The position numbers and the translations under genes are program-made. 25,208 bases of DNA from a virus. Lineage: Duplodnaviria > Caudoviricetes. Every line of letters starts with the position of its first letter. Positions within the stretch are counted from its first letter, which is position 1. Below the pieces are notes generated by a model. It was given only the letters and a program-made list of their open reading frames with translations. It ran no database searches and had not been told where the DNA came from. The stretch is from positions 1 through 25,208 of IMG/VR virus record IMGVR_UViG_3300017747_001595, one strand, 5' to 3'. Below, in pieces: positions 16,409 to 22,862 of this stretch.

Positions 16409-16595
16409 ACCACAAGGTAACGGCGGTAAAGGTGATGTTCCAAGACCTATTCAAGACCGTGAAAAGTTTGAATCAAATTGGGACAGTATATTTAAAAAGA
16501 AAGAAAAAAATGGAAACGAAGTTTTGCCCGTCATGCCAGCAGACGAGGGACAAGGAAGGATTCAAACTGGTAGCGACATCAAGCAAGAATCATAA
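16401..16595 (+). CDS. Hypothetical protein (GKGDxPRP...NWDxIF type)
   Basis: AGGGA RBS; short motif of a kind I recall from small phage proteins. Confidence 0.65.
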   Translation: MFRPQGNGGKGDVPRPIQDREKFESNWDSIFKKKEKNGNEVLPVMPADEGQGRIQTGSDIKQES

Positions 16596-16692
16596 GCGTT
16601 GGAAGTGCGCAGTATGTTTGGAAAAGAAATCAGAAACAATTTACAGAAGTATTAAAAATGACCCCGCAAGAACAACAGAGAGAACAACGTGA
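16510..16692 (+). CDS. Small C4 zinc-ribbon protein
   Basis: METKFCPSC...RWKCAVC. Confidence 0.6.
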   Translation: METKFCPSCQQTRDKEGFKLVATSSKNHKRWKCAVCLEKKSETIYRSIKNDPARTTERTT

Positions 16693-16856
16693 ACAACGAG
16701 AACGAAAAGACCGAGAGCAAAACGATTGACAGAGAACAAGTTGTTCTTTGGGCATACGAAGCAGGCTTCCCTAGCAATTATGTGCGGGGTGAAGTAGCAC
16801 GCTTTGAAACACTAGTTAACTTAGTTAAGAAATACATAGAAAGGGATTACAAATGA
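16689..16856 (+). CDS. Hypothetical protein (55 aa)
   Basis: GTGA and ATGA overlaps with its neighbours; contains REQVVLWAYEAGF. Confidence 0.5.
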   Translation: MNNENEKTESKTIDREQVVLWAYEAGFPSNYVRGEVARFETLVNLVKKYIERDYK

Positions 16857-17635
16857 GCATTGAAACAGTAACAATTAACAAAAACAAACCAAGCCTGATG
16901 ATTGCAACACCTATGTACGGCGGTATGTGTACAGGGCAGTTCATGGTTGGCGTATTACAGACTATTAATAAAATGCAATCTGTAGGCGTACAAGTCTACT
17001 TCGTGCAGATGGGTAACGAGTCATTGATTACACGGGCACGTAATGAGCTTACCCGTATCTTCTTAGAGCAAAAGATGGATTACTTAATGTTCATTGATGC
17101 TGACATTGGCTTTGATGGTAATGCGGTTGCTCAGCTAATGGCGGCGGATAAAGACATTGTGTGCGGTATCTACCCTAAGAAAGAAGTTGATTGGGTTGCG
17201 GTTGAGAAGGCAGTTGCATCAGGCAAGACCACAGGACTTAAAGATTACTCAGGTGCTTTTGTATTGAACTTTGCACATGAGTTAGGTCAAGAGCTACACA
17301 CAGATGAATCAGGTTGTATTGAAGTGCGTCATGGCGGTACAGGCTTTATGCTGATTAAAAAAGAAGTATTCCATAAGCTAGCCGACAAAGTTCCTACGTA
17401 CAGACCAAGTACAGTTAAAGATGCTAACGGTAACTACCTCAAGCCCGAAGTAAAAGAGTTCTTCGCTACAAGTATTGACGACTCAGGTTGCTTGTTATCT
17501 GAGGACTACCACTTCTGCGAGTTGCATCGTAAGCACGGTGGCAAGATTCACGTAAATCCATTCATTAAGCTAGAGCACGTAGGCACATACGTATATGGTG
17601 GTGACATCATTAAAGCGGGCGGTAACCTCAAATGA
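16853..17635 (+). CDS. GT-A fold glycosyltransferase
   Basis: IATPMYGG, SLITRARN, DxD motif FIDADI, GTGFMLIKK, SEDYHFC, LEHVG. Confidence 0.85.
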   Translation: MSIETVTINKNKPSLMIATPMYGGMCTGQFMVGVLQTINKMQSVGVQVYFVQMGNESLITRARNELTRIFLEQKMDYLMFIDADIGFDGNAVAQLMAADKDIVCGIYPKKEVDWVAVEKAVASGKTTGLKDYSGAFVLNFAHELGQELHTDESGCIEVRHGGTGFMLIKKEVFHKLADKVPTYRPSTVKDANGNYLKPEVKEFFATSIDDSGCLLSEDYHFCELHRKHGGKIHVNPFIKLEHVGTYVYGGDIIKAGGNLK

Positions 17636-18342
17636 GCCTACCCGAAATTCACTTAGCCACAGACGGAGATTTGAACTATGCTCTTTTTAAGCATAACGAT
17701 ATTGTTAGTAACGCTGTACGTAGTGGTGGCTACGAGAAAGAACTACAAGAACTCTCGACCAAGCTTTTGGAAGGACACACTGAGGGCATTGTGCTTGATA
17801 TTGGCGCTAATCTTGGCAGTTATGTTGTTCCACTGGCTAGAAATCATGCACATCTACAATTCGAATGTTTTGAACCTCAGCGTATTGTTTACTACCAATT
17901 ATGTGCCAACATATTTTTGAACAGACTAAGTAATGTACACGCACACCAAGCAGGTATAAGTAACGAGCAGCGGGTTACGAGCTACGTGCTACCAAACTAT
18001 GCAGAAGAAACTAACATCGGGGCCTTTAGCATCGACTTTGATACACGGGCTAATAACTACGAAGTTAAGTCTGAAGGCTTTACCGAACGTATGAGAATCA
18101 TCCCTCTTGACATGATGCAGTATGAGAAGGTGCGTCTAATCAAGATTGATGTAGAAGGTCACGAGCTTTCTGTGTTACTAGGTGCGGAGCATACTCTGCG
18201 TGAAAACAACTACCCACCGATTATCTTTGAAGCGTGGACTTGGAAGTTTCCTGAGAAGCGTAAAGCCCTCTTTGAACACTTGCAGGGTCTTGGCTATGAG
18301 ATTACCGAAATCGGTCAAAACAATGTGGCGGTGAAAAAATGA
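17632..18342 (+). CDS. FkbM-family SAM-dependent methyltransferase
   Basis: VLDIGANLG, FEPQ, LIKIDVEGHE..VL.GA, PIIFE. Confidence 0.9.
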   Translation: MSLPEIHLATDGDLNYALFKHNDIVSNAVRSGGYEKELQELSTKLLEGHTEGIVLDIGANLGSYVVPLARNHAHLQFECFEPQRIVYYQLCANIFLNRLSNVHAHQAGISNEQRVTSYVLPNYAEETNIGAFSIDFDTRANNYEVKSEGFTERMRIIPLDMMQYEKVRLIKIDVEGHELSVLLGAEHTLRENNYPPIIFEAWTWKFPEKRKALFEHLQGLGYEITEIGQNNVAVKK

Positions 18343-18530
18343 ACGAAGAAGATTTGAGAGATTGCTTTGCTATGTTTGCAATGACAGGGTGGATTATGAA
18401 CGGGCATTACAGCGGGGAAGAGTGCGCTGCAAAAGCTTACGAGGTTGCTGACATGATGTTAAACGTACGCAAACTAAAAGATGAATCGGGTATTGCTGCT
18501 ATTAAACCAAGAGTAAGGAAGAGAGCATGA
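18339..18530 (+). CDS. Conserved small phage protein
   Basis: LRDCFAMFAMTG...AYEVADMML pattern; ATGA coupling. Confidence 0.7.
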   Translation: MNEEDLRDCFAMFAMTGWIMNGHYSGEECAAKAYEVADMMLNVRKLKDESGIAAIKPRVRKRA

Positions 18531-19201
18531 GTTTTAGCTGGTCTTACAGTAGCATCAAGACATTTCAACAGTGCCCTAAGAAGTATTATCATCTTAAGGT
18601 TGCCAAGGATGTTAAAGACGAAGGTAGTGAAGCCACTATCTACGGGCAGGAGCTACATAAAGCTGCGGAAGATTACATCAAAGATGATGTTGCACTACCC
18701 CCACAGTTTGCGTTTATGCAAGACCTATTAGATTCCTTGAAGAAAATTCCAGGGGAGAAGCACTGCGAACTTAAACTTGGTATCGCCAAGCGTGATGGTA
18801 AGTATGTTGCTTGCGACTTCTTTGAAAAAGATGTGTGGTGGCGTGGTATTGCTGACTTGGTAATTATCAACGGCGACACTGCCTACTCTGTTGACTACAA
18901 GACTAGTAAGAATGCTAAGTACGCAGATACTAAGCAGTTGGATTTAGTTGCATCGGCTTTGTTTACACACTTCCCCCAGCTTAGAACGATTAAGTCTGGC
19001 TTGCTATTTGTTATCAGCAAAGACTTTGTTAAGAAAGACCATAGTTCAGATTTCCGTACCGCATACATCGAACACTTTAGCTTTGACATTATGCGTATAG
19101 AAACAGCTACTAAAACAGGTGTATGGAACGCAGTGTCTGGCCCTTTGTGCGGATACTGCCCAGTTAAAACGTGTCACAATTACAGGGAGAAGAGAAAATG
19201 A
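18527..19201 (+). CDS. PD-(D/E)XK exonuclease, Cas4/AddB-like with probable Fe-S cysteines
   Basis: SYSS...CP, G..LH, GIADL, DYKT, QL, and C-terminal CGYCP...C. Confidence 0.88.
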   Translation: MSFSWSYSSIKTFQQCPKKYYHLKVAKDVKDEGSEATIYGQELHKAAEDYIKDDVALPPQFAFMQDLLDSLKKIPGEKHCELKLGIAKRDGKYVACDFFEKDVWWRGIADLVIINGDTAYSVDYKTSKNAKYADTKQLDLVASALFTHFPQLRTIKSGLLFVISKDFVKKDHSSDFRTAYIEHFSFDIMRIETATKTGVWNAVSGPLCGYCPVKTCHNYREKRK

Positions 19202-19599
19202 GCAAGCATGTTTACGGAATGAAAGATTGCCCTTGGGCGCTAGACGAGCTTGAGTTTGAGCACGGTGAAGATGATTATTCGTGCAACTTTGACTTCAATA
19301 TTCGTTTTGGCAAAGAAGGCTACAAGTACGACAAGGAAAGCTACATAGATATTGATGCCGACCAAGGCGGTGCGTACCCTCTAGGTTTGGCTATTAAAGT
19401 AGATGGTAAGTGGCATGAAATACAGGAAGCTTCGGCTATGCGGGTAGTTATTCGTGGGGACTATGAGCAACGGGCACTACTTGCGGCACTACAAAAGATT
19501 GCCTTGATGAGTCTGCCTGTTTACGGCAAAATAAAGACTTACAGTGAACAAGCCGAGGAGCATGAAAATGCCATACGTGAACAAACCAAGACCGTATAA
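19198..19599 (+). CDS. Hypothetical protein (133 aa)
   Basis: ATGA coupling at 19198; GGAG RBS. Confidence 0.7.
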   Translation: MSKHVYGMKDCPWALDELEFEHGEDDYSCNFDFNIRFGKEGYKYDKESYIDIDADQGGAYPLGLAIKVDGKWHEIQEASAMRVVIRGDYEQRALLAALQKIALMSLPVYGKIKTYSEQAEEHENAIREQTKTV

Positions 19600-19852
19600 A
19601 AAAGAATACGAAGAGTATCAGGGTAAGCCTGAGCAAATTAAAAAAAGGGCTAAGCGAAACGCTGCCCGTGCGGAGCTAATGAAAGATGGAAAAGTACACA
19701 AAGGAGACGGCAAAGATGTCGACCACATCAAGCCTCTTAGCAAGGGGGGCGCAAGCTCTAAGAGCAACCTTCGGGTCAAATCAGCAAGCGACAATAGGTC
19801 ATTCAGCAGAAATGCCGACCACACAGTCAAGCGTAACAAAACCAAAAAATAG
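19568..19852 (+). CDS. HNH endonuclease-like protein
   Basis: DVDHIKPLSKGG...NLRV....NRS; GAGGAG RBS. Confidence 0.85.
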   Translation: MPYVNKPRPYKKEYEEYQGKPEQIKKRAKRNAARAELMKDGKVHKGDGKDVDHIKPLSKGGASSKSNLRVKSASDNRSFSRNADHTVKRNKTKK

Positions 19853-21230
19853 CATCCTCACGGACTACGACTGGCCTGGTAAGTTCAAGCCGTTTGCACA
19901 CCAAAAGCAGACGGCTGAGTTTCTGACTTTAAACCGCAAAGCATTCTGTTTTAACGAACAGGGTACAGGCAAAACAGCTAGCGTGATATGGGCATGTGAC
20001 TACCTAATGAACTTAGGTGTGGTTAAACGCGTGCTTGTTATCTGCCCACTATCTATTATGAAGTCAGCATGGCAACAAGACTTGTTTAAGTTTGCTATCC
20101 ACCGCACCTGTGATGTAGCCCATGGGGAACCCAAGAAGCGTAAGAAGATAATCTCTCAAGGCGCTGAGTTCGTCATCATTAACTTTGACGGTGTAGAAAT
20201 TGTTAAACAAGATATTATGGATGGTGGGTTTGACCTCATCGTAGTTGATGAGGCAAGTGCGTATAAGAATGCACAGACCACTCGTTGGAAAACACTGCGT
20301 GATGTAGTTGCAACCACAAAGGGTATTTGGATGCTTACTGGTACTCCAGCAGCTCAATCACCTGTAGATGCTTTCGGTCTAGCTAAGATAATCAACCCAA
20401 CCAACACCCCTAAGTTCTTTGGTGAGTTCAGAGACAGAGTAATGTACAAAGTTGGTCTGTATAGATGGATTCCAAAGAAAGATGCTCAAGACACGGTACA
20501 TAAAGTGTTACAACCTGCTATACGTTTTGAGAAGAATCAATGTCTAGATTTACCCGATTTAACTTTTGTTGAACGAGATGCACCACTAACGACCCAGCAA
20601 AATAAGTATTACAAATTACTCAAGAAACAAATGGTAATTAATACGGCTGGTGAAAGCATCTCAGCAGTTAACGCTGCTACTAACATCAACAAGTTACTAC
20701 AGATTTCGGGCGGTGCTGTGTACTCGGACAACGGGGAAGTCATTGAATTTGACGTCAGCAACCGCTTGAAAGTTATTGAAGAAGTTATAGATGAAGCTTC
20801 ACATAAAGTCCTGGTGTTTGTTCCATTTACTCATACTATAGAACTATTACGTGCGCACCTAACCAAGGCGGGCATCACGTGTGACGTGATTAATGGACAA
20901 GTACCTGTGAACCGCAGACACACAATCATTCAAGACTTTCAAGATACTGATAATGTGCGGGTGCTCATCATACAACCTCAAGCTGCATCACACGGGTTAA
21001 CACTAACTGCTGCTAACGTAATCGTTTGGTATGCTCCCGTAACCAGCGTAGAAACATACTTGCAAGCTAATGCACGTATCAATAGACCAGGGCAGAAGAA
21101 CCCTATGACTGTTGTACATATTACTGGCAGTGAAGTAGAAGCTAGGCTATACAAGATGTTACAAAATAACATCAACAACCACGAAAAAATAATTGACTTG
21201 TATAAGCACGAAATTGAAAATATAGCTTGA
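19812..21230 (+). CDS. SNF2-like SF2 helicase (start codon uncertain)
   Basis: PFAHQ, EQGTGKT, VVDEA, LTGTP, HGLTL, QANARINRPGQ. Confidence 0.92.
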   Translation: MPTTQSSVTKPKNSILTDYDWPGKFKPFAHQKQTAEFLTLNRKAFCFNEQGTGKTASVIWACDYLMNLGVVKRVLVICPLSIMKSAWQQDLFKFAIHRTCDVAHGEPKKRKKIISQGAEFVIINFDGVEIVKQDIMDGGFDLIVVDEASAYKNAQTTRWKTLRDVVATTKGIWMLTGTPAAQSPVDAFGLAKIINPTNTPKFFGEFRDRVMYKVGLYRWIPKKDAQDTVHKVLQPAIRFEKNQCLDLPDLTFVERDAPLTTQQNKYYKLLKKQMVINTAGESISAVNAATNINKLLQISGGAVYSDNGEVIEFDVSNRLKVIEEVIDEASHKVLVFVPFTHTIELLRAHLTKAGITCDVINGQVPVNRRHTIIQDFQDTDNVRVLIIQPQAASHGLTLTAANVIVWYAPVTSVETYLQANARINRPGQKNPMTVVHITGSEVEARLYKMLQNNINNHEKIIDLYKHEIENIA

Positions 21231-21254
21231 CAAAGTCAAAGTAAGTAGTATTAT
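21227..21254 (+). promoter_or_regulatory. Putative promoter P6 with perfect palindrome TTGACAAAGTCAA on the -35
   Basis: TTGACA-16 bp-TATTAT, with an AAGGAG RBS downstream. Confidence 0.75.
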
Positions 21255-21280
21255 TAAGGTTCAAAGAGAAGGAGCTAACA

Positions 21281-21682
21281 ATGAGTGAAACATCTGTGTC
21301 CTCGGACAAACTGGCCGAGATTTACATCAAAATTCGTGACAAGCGTGCTGAGCTTAAAGAAAAGTTTGAAGAGCAAGACAACGAACTTAAAGCACAGCAA
21401 GACTTATTAGCGGAACAAATGCTAGCACTATGCCATGAGCAAGGTGCAGATAGCATCAAAACCCCAGCAGGGACAATCATTCGTAAAGTTGATACACGGT
21501 ACTGGACGACTGATTGGGATTCTATGTATCAGTTCATTGAAGAGCATGATGCGTTTCCTCTGCTAGAGAAGCGGTTGCATCAAACAAACATGCGACAGTT
21601 TCTTGAAGAGAATCCAGATTTGTTACCTGCTGGGTTGCAGGCTGACAGTAAATACACCGTGGTCGTTAGAAGGAGCAAGTAA
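21281..21682 (+). CDS. Conserved phage replication-module protein (coiled-coil N-terminus)
   Basis: AAGGAG RBS; contains SIKTPAGT...DWDS...LLEKRL. Confidence 0.75.
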   Translation: MSETSVSSDKLAEIYIKIRDKRAELKEKFEEQDNELKAQQDLLAEQMLALCHEQGADSIKTPAGTIIRKVDTRYWTTDWDSMYQFIEEHDAFPLLEKRLHQTNMRQFLEENPDLLPAGLQADSKYTVVVRRSK

Positions 21683-22566
21683 TGAGCAACATTTCTATTT
21701 TTAAACAAGGCGGAGCAGTAACATCGTCACGTGCTGAGGGCATGTCTGAGTTAGCTAAATCATTAGTTACCAACACAAACAATAGCCGTCGTATCACGAT
21801 GAACAAAGGCAAGTTCTCACGTGTAGTTGGTGGTGAACAAGCTGGCGGTAAAGTAGCAGGTTCTATTAACGTAATTATTATTAATGCGTTACCTAAAGTA
21901 TCACGTCAGTTCTACGCTAAACCGTACGACCCAAATGGGGAGCCAACGCTACCTGATTGCTGGTCTAACCTAGGCGACGTACCTGATGCTAAGGCATCTA
22001 ACCCACAGGGTTCTTCATGTGCAACATGCCCACAGAACGTAGATGGTTCAGGTCAAGGCGGTAAGGGTCGTGCATGTCGTTTCCAACGTCGTGTAGCTTT
22101 ATTGCTTGAAGGCGATATGAGCGGTGACATTTATCAGTTCAACATTCCGTCTAAGTCATTATTCGGTAAGGGTACTGGCAACGTGCATCCGTTCGAGAGC
22201 TATCTTAAGTTCTTGCCAGCTAACGGTGAGAGCATTGACCGTATCGTTACACAGATTGCATTTGATGAGAATGAGACTGCCGATGTGGTCAACTTCACAC
22301 CAGTACGCCACTTGAGCGATGAAGAGATTGATGTTGTTGAGGCGGCACAATCTTCTCCAGAGTGCAAAAGCGTAGTGCAGTTAACAGTAGCACAGCAAGA
22401 CGGAGTTAAGAAGCTACCCCAAGCAGCTAAGCCAGCGCAAGCTGAAGCGGTAGAAGCTGAGGAAGTAGAAGAACCAGTTAAGCGTGCGTCCAAGAAGGCT
22501 GAACCAACTGCTAATGCACCTAAGCAGAACTTAGCTGATGTAGTAAGTGCTTGGAGCGATAACTAA
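21682..22566 (+). CDS. Putative ssDNA-binding/annealing protein with Cys cluster
   Basis: PDCWS...CATCPQN...GRACRFQRR; acidic low-complexity tail ending WSDN; lies between helicase and primase. Confidence 0.55.
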   Translation: MSNISIFKQGGAVTSSRAEGMSELAKSLVTNTNNSRRITMNKGKFSRVVGGEQAGGKVAGSINVIIINALPKVSRQFYAKPYDPNGEPTLPDCWSNLGDVPDAKASNPQGSSCATCPQNVDGSGQGGKGRACRFQRRVALLLEGDMSGDIYQFNIPSKSLFGKGTGNVHPFESYLKFLPANGESIDRIVTQIAFDENETADVVNFTPVRHLSDEEIDVVEAAQSSPECKSVVQLTVAQQDGVKKLPQAAKPAQAEAVEAEEVEEPVKRASKKAEPTANAPKQNLADVVSAWSDN

Positions 22567-22568
22567 GC

Positions 22569-22799
22569 ATGAATAATAGGTATAGCTTAAATATTATGCT
22601 TCTTAACCAGCAGGCGGAGCAAAACCGTCTAGGAGTTAAACTGGGCAAGAAGTGTATTAAGTTAGGCATCCCCGTAGCAGACGTTGCAGGTAGAGTAGGC
22701 GTAAGCAGACAAACTGTTTACAACTGGTTCATAGGTGCATATGACCCAAAGCCTGAGCTAGCTACGGTGATTACACAACTATTACGTAACTTAAAATAA
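22569..22799 (+). CDS. Cro/XRE-type HTH protein
   Basis: VADVAGRVGVSRQTVYNWFIGAYDP. Confidence 0.85.
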   Translation: MNNRYSLNIMLLNQQAEQNRLGVKLGKKCIKLGIPVADVAGRVGVSRQTVYNWFIGAYDPKPELATVITQLLRNLK

Positions 22800-22817
22800 C
22801 GGGCTATGCCTAACGGC

Positions 22818-22840
22818 AGGGGGGAGCAGTCCCCCCTTTT
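22818..22840 (+). terminator. Intrinsic terminator between the HTH and primase genes
   Basis: GGGGGA-GCAG-TCCCCC-TTTTT. Confidence 0.7.
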
Positions 22841-22862
22841 TGCCCCCAACGAAGAGATAAGA

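Noticed and set aside
16658-16729. GAACAAC-type micro-repeats and a 23-aa ORF MTPQEQQREQREQRERKDREQND
   Set aside because: Low-complexity purine-rich junction overlapping two other ORFs, with too little support for a function.
18527-19201. Cas4-like gene as evidence of a CRISPR system
   Set aside because: No cas1/cas2 or array is present. Stand-alone Cas4-like exonucleases are ordinary in phage replication modules.
8528-21290. Near-matches to the palindrome (TGACAATGTTC about 8528, CTAACAATGAA about 9884, ATATTGTTAG about 17699, CTAACAATGAG about 21275)
   Set aside because: Each has two or more mismatches and could arise by chance, so none is counted among the 22 copies.
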